Source of the DNA: an uncultured delta proteobacterium
GTDB taxonomy: Bacteria; Myxococcota_A; Polyangia; Fen-1088
Length of the DNA: 64,000 bases
NCBI GenBank assembly: GCA_963737265.1
Contig: CAVTRY010000011.1
Span: 32,001 to 96,000, forward strand
Reading direction: 5' to 3'
Positions within the stretch are counted from its first letter, which is position 1; each line of letters opens with the position of its first letter. This document shows, piece by piece, positions 21,014-31,202 of the stretch. A program made the translations under genes and the position numbers. The notes below the pieces were generated by a model. That model was not told where the DNA came from and ran no database searches. It saw nothing but the letters and a program-made list of their open reading frames with translations.

Positions 21014-21691
21014 ATGACGACGTTCTTTCTTGCCTTTGTCGTTGCCTCGGGAGTCCCGGCCGAACCTGCCGCCGCAGCTGCCAGCGAAAGGCTCGACCTG
21101 CGCACCGTGGTCGAGCGGATGCAGAAGCGCTACGACCAGGCCAAGGATTTTCACGCCCGCTTCTCGCAGACCTATGGCCGTGCCGTCGTGGGAAGGACGA
21201 CGCTGTCGACGGGGACGATCACCTTCAAGAAGCCCGGTCGGATGCGTTGGGACTATGACAAGCCTGAGCCGCGCATGTTTCTGTCGAACGGCCAGGTGCT
21301 GTGGCTTTACGAGCCGACGGAGAAACAGGCTTTCAAGCAGGATTTGAAGAACTCGCAGTTGCCGGCAGCGCTGGCCTTCCTGATGGGCAAGGGCAAGATC
21401 GCCGACGAGTTTGACGTGTCGCTTGCGAGCGACGCGCACCCGGGGCGTCCCGGCGACTACCGACTGGCGCTCAGTCCCAAGCAGCCGCAGTCGGCCTACA
21501 AGTCCATACTCTTCGTGGTCGATGCCAAGGAATTCTTGGTGCGCGAGAGCGTGCTGGTGGACGCGCAAGGCAATACCAACCACTTCGTTTTCGAGGATCT
21601 CGAGGTCAACGGCAAGGTGGCCGACGCAGTGTTTAAGTGGGCCCCGCCCACGGGTGTCCGCGTGGTGGATACGGGAAAAATTGGGAAATAG
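21014..21691 (+). CDS. lolA: Outer membrane lipoprotein carrier LolA
   Basis: FKKPGRMRWDYDKP, SNGQVLWLYEP, FKWAPPTGVRVVD; follows ftsK. Confidence 0.9.
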   Translation: MTTFFLAFVVASGVPAEPAAAAASERLDLRTVVERMQKRYDQAKDFHARFSQTYGRAVVGRTTLSTGTITFKKPGRMRWDYDKPEPRMFLSNGQVLWLYEPTEKQAFKQDLKNSQLPAALAFLMGKGKIADEFDVSLASDAHPGRPGDYRLALSPKQPQSAYKSILFVVDAKEFLVRESVLVDAQGNTNHFVFEDLEVNGKVADAVFKWAPPTGVRVVDTGKIGK

Positions 21692-21699
21692 GTCGGATC

Positions 21700-21779
21700 A
21701 GGCTCAGGCCTGCAGGCTGCAGGCTGCGGGCGGTAGGCTAGCTGCGGGCTATTTTTGCGGAGCCCGAAGTCTGGAGCCT
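21700..21779. repeat. Degenerate heptamer repeats (AGGCTGC) with inverted copy between convergent genes
   Basis: AGGCTGC AGGCTGC GGGCGGT AGGCTA ... AGCCCGA AGTCTGG AGCCT. Confidence 0.6.
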
Positions 21780-21782
21780 CCG

Positions 21783-22754
21783 TCAGCGCTTTCCCTCGCC
21801 TTGCGAAAGGTAGGCGAGGATCACGTCGTCCAGGCTTTGATCGGTAACGAATGCGCCGGGCGAACCTTCTTGCGCAGGCGGCTTGACCGCGGCCGTCCTG
21901 GGCGCATTCGCCGCGTCAGCGGCTGGCGCGATGGGCCGGGGTGGCGGTTCGACGTTCCTGCCCGGGCTTGCGCCCACCAGGCTGGCGTGGCTACCCTCTT
22001 TGACGACATACGGACCGGCGGACATCTGCCGACGACGAATCGGCGTCGGGTTTCGCGTCTGGGGCGCAGACCCGGTGCTGCCGCCGACCACGACTTGCCT
22101 CTGCACCACGACCGGTGTGATGGGACGAACGACGGGCGGATGCGAGCTGGGAGCTGACCGGGCCACGACGGGCGGGGGCGGCGCCGGCTCCGCGTCGGCC
22201 GGCATGCGCTCGCGTGTCGGACGGCGGAAGGTGTAGGTTCCCGGGCCCGGGACGGCCGGCTTGGTGATGTGGATGGGGAGAGGTTCGGGCGTCACCTCTT
22301 TTTCGGCTGGAATCGCCGGCAAGGCGTCCAGGTCGAGTACATCGGCTCCCGTGGCCGCGGGCGACGGGCCGTCGTCGATGGCGGGGGCGGCGGGCGCGGC
22401 GACAGCGACCACAGGCGCCGCGCTGGCATCCGCAAAAAGATCCTCGATGGGGAAGGTTTCCCCGCGCATGGCGAAGAAACGCGAGATTCGCTCGTTGTAG
22501 GCGTTTTGCTTGAGCTCCTTGAGAATGGCCTTGTGCTGGGCCTGCATCATCGCCCGCACTTCGTCTTCGCTGGTGTCGGGGTCGTACTCGCCGCGCTTGC
22601 TGGCGAGAATGCTACCCCCAAAAAATAAGTGCGTGAAAAGATGGGGGTTTCCCGGCCCCGAATCCTCGGTCTGGACGTGGAAGACCTGCCCGCCGAACTT
22701 GACGTTGTGGTTGTACCCAAGCAGCGGGCTACGGAGCGGTTTCGGCATATCCAT
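21783..22754 (-). CDS. Hypothetical protein: globular N-terminal domain, Pro/Ala-rich linker, conserved C-terminal helix
   Basis: LLGYNHNVKFGGQVFHVQTEDSG...QAQHKAILKEL; ends SLDDVILAYLS. Confidence 0.8.
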   Translation of the reverse strand: MDMPKPLRSPLLGYNHNVKFGGQVFHVQTEDSGPGNPHLFTHLFFGGSILASKRGEYDPDTSEDEVRAMMQAQHKAILKELKQNAYNERISRFFAMRGETFPIEDLFADASAAPVVAVAAPAAPAIDDGPSPAATGADVLDLDALPAIPAEKEVTPEPLPIHITKPAVPGPGTYTFRRPTRERMPADAEPAPPPPVVARSAPSSHPPVVRPITPVVVQRQVVVGGSTGSAPQTRNPTPIRRRQMSAGPYVVKEGSHASLVGASPGRNVEPPPRPIAPAADAANAPRTAAVKPPAQEGSPGAFVTDQSLDDVILAYLSQGEGKR

Positions 22755-22807
22755 CCTCAGTATAGCGCTTGCAGAGTTTATGCTAAACTGGGTTTCAGGG
22801 TTTCGGT

Positions 22808-23098
22808 ATGGTCAGCATCACCGCAACAAAGATTCGCGACAACTCGCGCGATCCGTCGTGCGTGGTGGGTCTTGGCCGCCCTTTCCAGGGTTTCCTCATC
22901 AGTTACCCGACCATCGGCCGAGGCATGGTTATTTTTCGCGAGCCCAGCGGACATCGCATGGTGACGACTCCAGTCCGGCGCGTGCTGGGTGAATTCGGCG
23001 AGCCCGATATTTACGTCGAGACGGAAAACTCGGTCTACCGGCTGCGCGTCCGCGCGGGTGCGGTGTCGGCCGAGAGCGCGCAAGCCGCGAGCCGATAG
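22808..23098 (+). CDS. Small hypothetical protein
   Basis: Beta-rich pattern GRGMVIFRE...MVTTPVRRV...IYVETENSVYRL; divergent from previous gene. Confidence 0.65.
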   Translation: MVSITATKIRDNSRDPSCVVGLGRPFQGFLISYPTIGRGMVIFREPSGHRMVTTPVRRVLGEFGEPDIYVETENSVYRLRVRAGAVSAESAQAASR

Positions 23099-23212
23099 TC
23101 GCTGGCGGGAATTCGGCGTTGGGCTGGAATCGCGGCTTTCTATCTGGAAGGGCCGCGACCTAGTTACCGGAAGTGCATCAGGCAGGCGTCATCGTGCTAC
23201 TCTAGGCGCGCT

Positions 23213-25183
23213 TTGGGAACTATTCGTCAGGCCGTGATATTGGCGGCTGGTCGCGGCCGAGCGGTGGCAGAGCCAGGCGTGGCGAACTGCCTGACCTGCG
23301 TGGGGAACAGCGCCCTTATCCTGCGCACCTTGCGCGTCCTGGCTGCCGCTGGCGTCCGCCGCACCGCCATCACGTTGGGGTACGACGGCCGGCGCCTGCG
23401 CCGCGAAGTCGAAGCCATGAAGCGCGCCGAGCCCAATCTGCCCGACCTCGTTTTCTTCGACAATCCGGCGTGGCAGCGGCCCAACGGTCTGTCCGTGCTG
23501 GCCGTGCGCAAGTTCATCACCGAGCGCACGCTCTTGGTCATGTCGGATCAGATTGCGGCGCCGCACCTGGTGCGCGAGATGGCGGGTCTCGGGACCGCGG
23601 GCAACACCATGGTGCTGGCCATCGACCACGATCTTTCGCGCGTGTTCGACTTCGACGATGCCACCAAGGTCAAGCTTCGGGACCACCCGGGCGGAGCGAA
23701 AAGCGTGTCCGCCATTGGCAAGGGGCTGGTCGATCACGACGCTGTAAGCGCCGGCATTTTCGTGATGTCGCCCACCTTGGTCGAGTGTCTTGCCGACCTC
23801 GCGCGGACCAAGGATCCCTCGCTCACCGAGGGCGTGGCCGAGGCCGCGCGGCGTGGCTTGGTGGTCGGGCACGATGTCGCCGGTGCTATCTGGCAGGACG
23901 TCGATTCGGCCGAAATGCGTTTGCACGCGGAATGGCTATTGCGGGTCTACGGCGACGAGCTTCTCTATCCCGGGGTCCGCTCGTCCACGCGCTCGACGGG
24001 CGCGGACACGCTCGCGCTCATCGAGAGCTTGCTCGCGGAAAAGAATCTTCCTCGCTACACGCTCTTTAACCCCGGTCCAGTGGTGACCTCGGCGGGGGTG
24101 AAGGCGGCCCTGGTTCACTACGACGTGTGCCATCGCGACGAAGACTATTCGGGCGTCGTGCGCCGGTTGCAGCAGAAGCTGCGACCCGTGTTCGGCGCTT
24201 CCGCGGAGCACGATATGCTGCTTCTCACCGGGTCGGGGACCGCCGCCATGGAGATGGCGGTTACCTCGGTGGTGCCCGAGGGCAAGAAGATTCTGACCAT
24301 CGAAAATGGTGCTTTCGGCGAACGGCTAGGCGAGATCGCACGCTTACACAGGCTGCCGCACGTGTCGCTTTCCTACCCGTGGGGCACCCTGCCCGATCCG
24401 GCGGCACTGGAAGCCATGTTGGCGCGCGATCCCGCCATCGCGGTGGTGGCCATGATTCATCACGAGACATCGATCGGCGTCGTGAATCCGGTGGGCGCCA
24501 TGGGCCGTATCTGTCGCGCGCGGGGCGTGACCCTGGTCGTGGATGCCGTATCATCGGTCGGCGCGGAGGATCTCGATGTGGTTCGCGACAACATCGATGT
24601 CTGCTTTTCTTCGGCCAACAAGTGCCTGCATTCCGTGTCCGGCGTGTCGTTCGTGTGTGTCGCGCCGACGGTGTGGCCGCGCATTGCGGACATTCCACCG
24701 CGCGTCTACTACCTCGACCTGAAACGCTACCGACGCTACCTGACCGAGGTCGCGCAGACGCCCTTCACGCCCGCCGTGTCGTCGTTCTTCGCTCTCGAAA
24801 AAGCCCTCGACGAGCTGTACGAGCAGGGGGGAGTGCAGGGACGGCGCGAAACCTACCGCAGACGCAATCTGCTCATCCGTCGCGTCCTGACCGACCTCGG
24901 TTTCCAGTCCTTCACCAACACCGGGCGCGAATCACACACCATTTTCACCGCGCGCGTGCCGTCCTTTGTCCACATCGACGCGCTCTATTCCCGCATGAAG
25001 GATCGCGGATTCATCATCTATCGCTGCAAGGGCGCTCTCGGCGCGCATCACATCCAGATCGCCAACATGGGCGAGCTGCCGGACGCCACCATCGATGCGT
25101 TTCTTGGCGCCATGGCGGAAGAAGTCGCGCTTGCGCGCGAGGCAGCGCCCGCCAAGGATCGGGAGCGGCTTCGTTCGCTGTAG
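23213..25183 (+). CDS. NTP-transferase (PntC/LicC-like) fused to 2-aminoethylphosphonate transaminase-like class V aminotransferase
   Basis: QAVILAAGRG, NGLSVL, MSDQ, WQDVDS; then LFNPGPV, DVCHRD, LTGSGTAAME, NGAFGERL, HHETSIG, VDAVSS, SSANKCLH (PLP Lys). Confidence 0.88.
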   Translation: MGTIRQAVILAAGRGRAVAEPGVANCLTCVGNSALILRTLRVLAAAGVRRTAITLGYDGRRLRREVEAMKRAEPNLPDLVFFDNPAWQRPNGLSVLAVRKFITERTLLVMSDQIAAPHLVREMAGLGTAGNTMVLAIDHDLSRVFDFDDATKVKLRDHPGGAKSVSAIGKGLVDHDAVSAGIFVMSPTLVECLADLARTKDPSLTEGVAEAARRGLVVGHDVAGAIWQDVDSAEMRLHAEWLLRVYGDELLYPGVRSSTRSTGADTLALIESLLAEKNLPRYTLFNPGPVVTSAGVKAALVHYDVCHRDEDYSGVVRRLQQKLRPVFGASAEHDMLLLTGSGTAAMEMAVTSVVPEGKKILTIENGAFGERLGEIARLHRLPHVSLSYPWGTLPDPAALEAMLARDPAIAVVAMIHHETSIGVVNPVGAMGRICRARGVTLVVDAVSSVGAEDLDVVRDNIDVCFSSANKCLHSVSGVSFVCVAPTVWPRIADIPPRVYYLDLKRYRRYLTEVAQTPFTPAVSSFFALEKALDELYEQGGVQGRRETYRRRNLLIRRVLTDLGFQSFTNTGRESHTIFTARVPSFVHIDALYSRMKDRGFIIYRCKGALGAHHIQIANMGELPDATIDAFLGAMAEEVALAREAAPAKDRERLRSL

Positions 25184-25298
25184 CAGGGTGTCAGCCGCCG
25201 GCGGCCAGCGCTTGCGCCGTGTCAGCTGGCTGGTTACACCTTATCCGTGCCTTGAGCGCCGCGGGCTGCTAACGTGAGCCGAGAGGCAGAAAAGACGA

Positions 25299-25724
25299 AT
25301 GCCTATCCCGACGATCATGGGACTATTTACACCAGGTTCATCACAGCAGGACGAAGGGGACGGAATCGTGGTCCGCGCGGAGGCCACGTACCGACCTGAA
25401 GAGTCCGATTTAGACGACGGCAAGTACGTCTTCTCGTACCACATCGAGATCGAGAACCAGGGCGCTCGCACCGTGCAGCTCATCTCGCGGCACTGGTGGA
25501 TCACGGACGCACATCAGGTCGTGCGCGAAGTGGAAGGCGAGGGGGTGGTCGGGCAGCAGCCGGTCATCGCGCCGGGGCAGGTCTTCAGTTATTCAAGCTG
25601 GTGCATGTTGCCCACGTCGACCGGCTGGATGCGCGGCATCTATCACGTGGTGGCCGCCGGTGGCGAGCGCTTGGAGATTCCCATTCCGCCCTTCGGCCTG
25701 GCTGTTCCGCATTCGATCAACTAG
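25299..25724 (+). CDS. apaG: ApaG
   Basis: YVFSYHIEIEN, QLISRHWWITD, VEGEGVVGQQPVI, FSYSS. Confidence 0.93.
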   Translation: MPIPTIMGLFTPGSSQQDEGDGIVVRAEATYRPEESDLDDGKYVFSYHIEIENQGARTVQLISRHWWITDAHQVVREVEGEGVVGQQPVIAPGQVFSYSSWCMLPTSTGWMRGIYHVVAAGGERLEIPIPPFGLAVPHSIN

Positions 25725-26890
25725 TCGGGGGCGACGGTGTCCCTTGCCGCGGCAGCTCGAACCAGAAGGTGCTGCCTTGGCCGACCTGGCTGTCCACGCC
25801 GATGCGGCCGCCGTGGGCCTCGATGGCCAGTTTGCAGAAGTAAAGGCCAAGCCCGGAGGAGGCGATGCTTTGTCGAACGTTGGTGTCGAGCTGGCCAAAC
25901 TTCTCGAAGATCTTGGGGTGATGTTCGGCGGCGATGCCGGGGCCGTGATCGGTGACTTCCAAGCGAAGCGCGTCGTCTTTGCCGTGTAGCGATACTCGGA
26001 CTTCACCCCCGGGCGGGGTCAGTTTGAGTGCGTTGCTAACGAGATTCTGGATCACGCGCGCGATGGCATCGCGGTCGACCACACCGCGCACCGATGCGCG
26101 GCGAAAGGTCACGTTCTTCTCGTCGGCGAGCGAGCGGATGGCATCGATGGCATCGGCCGCCACGTCGCCCACGTCGCACGCGACGAGGCGCAGGTTCATC
26201 TGCCCTGCTTCGATTTTGCTGGCGTCGAGCAGCACCGTGACCATCTGGACCATCCAGCGCGTGGCCTTCATGGCCAGGTCGAGGTTCTGCATGGAGTCGG
26301 GCGAAATGAACCCGGCTTCCTGTTCGCGAACCAAATCGAGGTAGTTGAACACGGCGGTGAGTGGAGCGCGTAGGTCGTGCACTGATCATGTGCACCATGC
26401 TGTCGCGCATGCCCTCAAGCTCGCGCTGCTTGGCCAACGTGACCTCGAGCTCGCGCTGTTGGCGGCGAAGCTGGAGGTGGACGGCCACGCGCGCCTCGAC
26501 CTCTTCGACCTGAAATGGCTTGGTGATGTAGTCGACGCCACCCGCGGCAAACGCGCGGACTTTGTCCACGGTTTCGCCGTAGGCGCTGATGAAGAGCACG
26601 GGAATCGCGCGCAGCGAGGCGTCCTTCTTGAGCTCGCTGCAAACTGCGTAGCCGTCCATCACCGGCATATTGACATCAAGCAAAATGAGGTCGGGCGTGT
26701 CGGCTTTTGCGGCTTGCAAGGCCAGCTTGCCACTCGGCACGGGGCGGGCACGGTAGCCCCGCTGCTTGAGCATTTCGGCCAGCATGTGCAAGTTGGCCGG
26801 CGTGTCGTCGACCACGAGGATGCTCGGGCTCGTCGGCGGGCTCGTCGGCGAGCTCGTCAAATCGACGGAGGGTGACAATCGTTCTGGCAT
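25717..26890 (-). CDS. Response regulator-histidine kinase hybrid (REC-HisKA-HATPase), frameshift at ~26383
   Basis: ILVVDDTPAN...LLDVNMP...DYITKPF in one frame; MI|VHDLRAPL...NLVSNALK...DHGPGI...GLGL in next; one extra base separates them. Confidence 0.88.
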
Positions 26891-26897
26891 GGCCGAG

Positions 26898-29225
26898 CTA
26901 GCTTCCCAGCCTGTCCATCACACCCTGGTAGTCGAATCCGCGCACGAGGCGGCGCAGCTCCTCGGCCGCCGCAGGCGCGGTGACGGCCAAGTCCCGCACG
27001 ATTTCCAGAGCCTTGTCGTACTCCGCGGCAACCGTGGCAGTACGAAGCTGGTCCAGCAACTGGACGGGCGCGCTGGAGAGGGCGCCGGGCGTCCAGTCGG
27101 CCATTCCGATGGGCAAAGGAATGGGAACCGGGGTTTCAAGATCGTCGACGGACAGGTACTCGAGGTGAAGTTGAGCCCCGAGTTTCTCCAAAATCTCCAC
27201 ATCATGGAACGGCTTGCCCACGAAATCGTCCATGCCGCCGTCGAGTGCGCGTCTGCGATCCTCCTCGAAGGTACTGGCCGTCACGGCGATGATGGGCGTG
27301 TTTCGGCCATGTTCGCTCTGCTTGATCCTGCGCGTGGTCTCGAATCCGTCCATGCGGGGCATGCGCAGATCCATGAGGACCGCTGCGGGGCGCGTTCGCT
27401 CGACCGCCGTGATGGCCTCTTCCCCATTCGCGGCCTCGTAGGTTTCGAATCCGACCGAGGAGAGAATCTTGACCAGCAGGGCGCGGCTATCCAGTTGGTC
27501 GTCGACCACTAAAATGCGCCAAGGACCGGTTCCAGGTTTGATCGCGGCGATGTGGCGCAGGCCTGCACCGTTTTGCAGATTGGCGCCGTTGCCCTCGACC
27601 AGGGGCAGCTCGAAGCGGAAGCAGCTTCCGCGCCCAGCCAGGCTTTTTACCGTCACGTCGCCGCCGAGCAGACGCGCGAATTCGCGGCTTATTGCCAGCC
27701 CAAGCCCGGTGCCACCCGCCCGGATGCCCTGCGAGGTCTGCGCGAATTTGTCGAAAAGACGACCAATATCATCCTGTTCTATGCCAGGCCCGGTGTCCTC
27801 GATGTCGGTAACCAGGCGCGTGCCGGCAGGGCCTTGGGCGATGGAGATGTTCCATGTGATGTGGCCCCGCTCGGTGAACTTCACTGCGTTGCCAAGGAGG
27901 TTGATGAACACCTGACGTACCTTGCTTTCGTCGGAGACCACGGCGGCGGGTAACTCGTCGCACAGTTTGACCGTGAGCGACAGCCCTTTGCTTTCCGCGC
28001 GCAGCTTGAACATGGTGGCGATGTCCTTGGCCAGCGCGGTGAGGTCGAAGGTCGTCAGCCGAACGTGAGCCCGGCCGGCCTCGATTTTCGACATCTCCAA
28101 GATGTCGTTGATGAGCGCCAGCAAGTGTTCGCCGGAACGATTGATGGTCACGAGAGGCTCACGGTGCTCCGGCGAGACGTCGGTGTCGCGCAGCAAGAGC
28201 TGCGAAAACCCAAGGATGGCATTGAGGGGCGTGCGGATCTCATGCGACATGCTGGCCAAGAACAGACTCTTGGCGCGGTTGGCGCGATCCGCTTCCGCCT
28301 TGGCCTCGGCGAGCGCGGCGTTGGATCGTTCAAGTTCCGCGGTTCGGGCGGCCACACGCTGTTCGAGCTCCGCCGTCAGCAGGCGCAGCTCATCGGCGAT
28401 GTGTTGGCGCTCGCTGATGTCGCGCGCGACCGCGATGATGGCGGGAACGCCGCCGTACTCAATGACACGCATGCTGGTGTCGAAGACAAGTCGGGTGTGG
28501 TCGGGGCGAAGGTAGGTCAGCTCATGGGTGGCCCGGCCGGATTTGCAGATAGCATCGATGCGCGCGGCATGGACTGCCGTTGGCAGGCTCGGCGTGTCGA
28601 GGTCCCACAGGTGCTTGCCGAGAAGCTCGTCACGGCCGAGTCCCAGTTGTTCGAGGGCAGTCTCGTTGGCATCGACGATGCGTCCGTCTAGCTTGATGAC
28701 CAGGACGGTGTCGGTGAAGCTATCGAACAGCATGCGATAGCGGCGCTCGGACTGGCGCAGCTCCGTTGCAAGCCGCATTCGCTCCTCGTGCGCGCGTACG
28801 CGTTCGTGGCGCGCCTGTGCCTCGACAAGCTCGCGCTGGATGGTGGCTCCCAGTCGGTCGAGGTTGTTCTTGTTCACGTAGTCGTTGGCGCCCGCGCGCA
28901 TGACGACAACGGCGTTTTCGCCGGGAATGGTTCCGGACACGAGAATGAAGGGGATGCCGAGCGGCGTCGCCTTCAGGATCGCGAGGGCCTCCTCCGCGCT
29001 GAATCCAGGCAAGGAGTAGTCACACAGGACCACATCCCACGGCCGCAGGGATAGCGCCTGGGCGAAATCGTCGGCTTGCTCGACACGTTTGGCGTCGACG
29101 GCGAACCCAGCGCGCGCCAGGTGGCGAAGCACGAGGTCGGCGTCGCAGGGCGAGTCCTCGACGATGAGGACGCGCAGTCCTTCACCCGACGCTGTCACGA
29201 GTTTGTCGTTGTCGATAGTGTTCAT
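26898..29225 (-). CDS. Hybrid histidine kinase (REC-PAS-HisKA-HATPase-REC); alternative start 29285
   Basis: VLIVEDS, PAS, SHEIRTPLN, NLLGNAVKFT, DTGPGI, GTGLGL, ILVVDD...MDLRMP. Confidence 0.92.
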   Translation of the reverse strand: MNTIDNDKLVTASGEGLRVLIVEDSPCDADLVLRHLARAGFAVDAKRVEQADDFAQALSLRPWDVVLCDYSLPGFSAEEALAILKATPLGIPFILVSGTIPGENAVVVMRAGANDYVNKNNLDRLGATIQRELVEAQARHERVRAHEERMRLATELRQSERRYRMLFDSFTDTVLVIKLDGRIVDANETALEQLGLGRDELLGKHLWDLDTPSLPTAVHAARIDAICKSGRATHELTYLRPDHTRLVFDTSMRVIEYGGVPAIIAVARDISERQHIADELRLLTAELEQRVAARTAELERSNAALAEAKAEADRANRAKSLFLASMSHEIRTPLNAILGFSQLLLRDTDVSPEHREPLVTINRSGEHLLALINDILEMSKIEAGRAHVRLTTFDLTALAKDIATMFKLRAESKGLSLTVKLCDELPAAVVSDESKVRQVFINLLGNAVKFTERGHITWNISIAQGPAGTRLVTDIEDTGPGIEQDDIGRLFDKFAQTSQGIRAGGTGLGLAISREFARLLGGDVTVKSLAGRGSCFRFELPLVEGNGANLQNGAGLRHIAAIKPGTGPWRILVVDDQLDSRALLVKILSSVGFETYEAANGEEAITAVERTRPAAVLMDLRMPRMDGFETTRRIKQSEHGRNTPIIAVTASTFEEDRRRALDGGMDDFVGKPFHDVEILEKLGAQLHLEYLSVDDLETPVPIPLPIGMADWTPGALSSAPVQLLDQLRTATVAAEYDKALEIVRDLAVTAPAAAEELRRLVRGFDYQGVMDRLGS

Positions 29226-29289
29226 CTGCTGTCCCGACGGGTCCGCGCCGAGGTCGCCGTGCTGTCCGACGGGGCTGGATCCCATGCTG

Positions 29290-29316
29290 GTATCGACAGT
29301 TGCGTCGTGCTCTTAA
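29290..29316 (-). promoter_or_regulatory. Possible sigma28 promoter for hybrid kinase pair
   Basis: TTAAG-N14-GTCGATAC on minus strand (one nt shorter spacer than other copies). Confidence 0.4.
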
Positions 29317-29432
29317 GCACGCGTGGATTGCGCCAGGTTCCGGGCGGCGGGGATGCCATCAACCTGACGCGAGTGGCGCGCATGTGTCATCGCTCTGGCG
29401 CGGGAAATCCACGAGATCCGGGGCTTTTGCAA

Positions 29433-29448
29433 CGGTACGTTCCTTGCT
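29433..29448 (+). promoter_or_regulatory. Putative sigma54 promoter of fliL operon
   Basis: CGGTACGTTCCTTGCT, 27 nt before fliL ATG. Confidence 0.65.
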
Positions 29449-29475
29449 GAGTGAGGGTGATGGAGGATCCCTGTC

Positions 29476-30069
29476 ATGGCGGAGAAGACAAAGGAAGAGG
29501 AACAACCGGCGGCCAAGGCCCCGGAAGGGCCGAGCAAGTTGATGCCGATGATCCTCATCGCGAATACCGTGCTGATGACCGCGGTCTTGGCCGTGGTGCT
29601 ATTGCGCAAGCCCGCTGCGGCGCCGTCCGCCGCTCCGCCGACGCCTCACGCGGCCACCGCGGCTCCCGCGGCGCCCGCGGGCGAGCATGGCAAGGAGGAA
29701 GGGGCCGGCCACGGCGAGGGTGAAGGTCACGGCGATCCGGCCGCCGCGGCGGATCCAGGCGGGGCCCCCGGCCCGATTCTCAAGCTGGAAAATTTCATCA
29801 TTCAGCTTCGTGGAACCGACACCGATCGCTACGTCCGCGTGGCCTTCGATCTGGAGCTCAATGGCGAGGCCGACCGTGCGGTCGTGCAGGCGCGGTTACC
29901 GCACATTCGCGACGCCGTCATTTCCTATTTTTCGGATCGCTCGCTCGATGAGCTTCGCGGCAGCGAAGGCATGGACCGCATCAAGCTCGCCGTTTCGAAG
30001 AAGCTCGACGAGATCCTGTCGGGACATCGCGTGCGTTCGGTCTTCATCACGGAGCTCGTCATTCAGTAG
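29476..30069 (+). CDS. fliL: Flagellar basal body-associated protein FliL
   Basis: Single TM, LENFIIQL, IRDAVI, VRSVFITELVIQ; GGAGG RBS. Confidence 0.92.
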   Translation: MAEKTKEEEQPAAKAPEGPSKLMPMILIANTVLMTAVLAVVLLRKPAAAPSAAPPTPHAATAAPAAPAGEHGKEEGAGHGEGEGHGDPAAAADPGGAPGPILKLENFIIQLRGTDTDRYVRVAFDLELNGEADRAVVQARLPHIRDAVISYFSDRSLDELRGSEGMDRIKLAVSKKLDEILSGHRVRSVFITELVIQ

Positions 30070-30133
30070 TCGCCTTCGAGTAGTCGTTCTCCAGTATTCG
30101 TTTTCTTTTCGATTTCCGCCGGAGCAAACCACC

Positions 30134-31180
30134 ATGGCATCCCCACTCGATCCGCAAGAACTCGAAGCGCTCATGCAGGCCATTCAAGAGGGCCGCGTGG
30201 GACCCGAGACGAGCGCCGGCTCCGCCGAGGGCGACAGTTCGGTGGTGCAGTACGATCTGACGAGCCAAGACCGCATCATTCGCGGACAAATGCCCACGCT
30301 CGACTCCATCAACGAGCGCATCGCCACCACCTTCGGCAAGAGCTTGGGCGGCAGGATGCGCTGCGAGCTGCGCGTGGTTTCGTCGCCCGCGGTCTTGATG
30401 AAGTTCTCCGAAGTCACCGGGACGGTTGCCGACCAAACCATCACCGGCGTCTTGAGCCTGGGAGCAGGACACGGCCTTGCGCTGCTGGTGATTGAAGGGG
30501 CGCTGACGCGCGGCTTGCTCAGCGCCTCGCTTGGCGACCGCAGCGCTGGGACGGCCGCGCAAAATCCCGACGCGCGCAACGAGCTGACCAACGTGGAAAA
30601 ACTGGTTCTCAAGCACTTGCTCGGCATTCTGGCCGACGCCATGGCGGTTGCTTGGGAGGACGTTCTCGCCTTCAAGCCCGAAGTGCTGCGCTTCGAATCC
30701 GATCCGCGCATGGCCATCATCGCCACGCCCTCGGACGTCGCCATCCTGTGCTCGTTCGAGGTGACGGGGGGACTGGACGGCAAGCTCGTGCTCGCCATCC
30801 CCTACGCTGCGGTCGAGCCGGCCAAGAAACTCCTGACCTCGCCGCCGCGCTTGGGCGGACAGCGCGATGCCCGATTCTCGATGGCGCTCGCGCGCGAAAT
30901 CGAAGCCGTCGAAGTCGAGCTGCGGGTCGAGATCGGCCACCGTTCGCTCAATGTGGGTGACCTGATGGATCTCAAGATCGGCGACGTCATCACCCTCAAT
31001 ACCAGCGAGGGATCGCCCCTGCCGGTGTTCGTGCAGGGGCGGTTGAAGATGACCGCCTCGCCGCGCGTCGTCGGCGGCGGCATGGCCGTCGAAATTCTGA
31101 AAGCGATCGCGCAGCCATCCACACCGACGCGCGCCGCGCGGGCGGCTGGACAAGCATTCGCGCCTGCGGCGCAAACCTGA
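30134..31180 (+). CDS. fliM: Flagellar motor switch protein FliM
   Basis: LDPQELEALM, YDLTSQDRIIRGQMPTL, ELTNVE, C-terminal SpoA domain. Confidence 0.92.
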   Translation: MASPLDPQELEALMQAIQEGRVGPETSAGSAEGDSSVVQYDLTSQDRIIRGQMPTLDSINERIATTFGKSLGGRMRCELRVVSSPAVLMKFSEVTGTVADQTITGVLSLGAGHGLALLVIEGALTRGLLSASLGDRSAGTAAQNPDARNELTNVEKLVLKHLLGILADAMAVAWEDVLAFKPEVLRFESDPRMAIIATPSDVAILCSFEVTGGLDGKLVLAIPYAAVEPAKKLLTSPPRLGGQRDARFSMALAREIEAVEVELRVEIGHRSLNVGDLMDLKIGDVITLNTSEGSPLPVFVQGRLKMTASPRVVGGGMAVEILKAIAQPSTPTRAARAAGQAFAPAAQT

Positions 31181-31202
31181 CCCCAGATGACGAGGAGCTC
31201 TC

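Noticed and set aside
26383-26390. Programmed frameshift in REC-HK gene
   Set aside because: No slippery heptamer or stimulatory structure seen; matches other single-base insertions.
26826-26858. 12-bp tandem repeat GGGCTCGTCGGC
   Set aside because: Encodes a low-complexity SPT linker at the protein N-terminus; in-frame, not a phase-variation tract.
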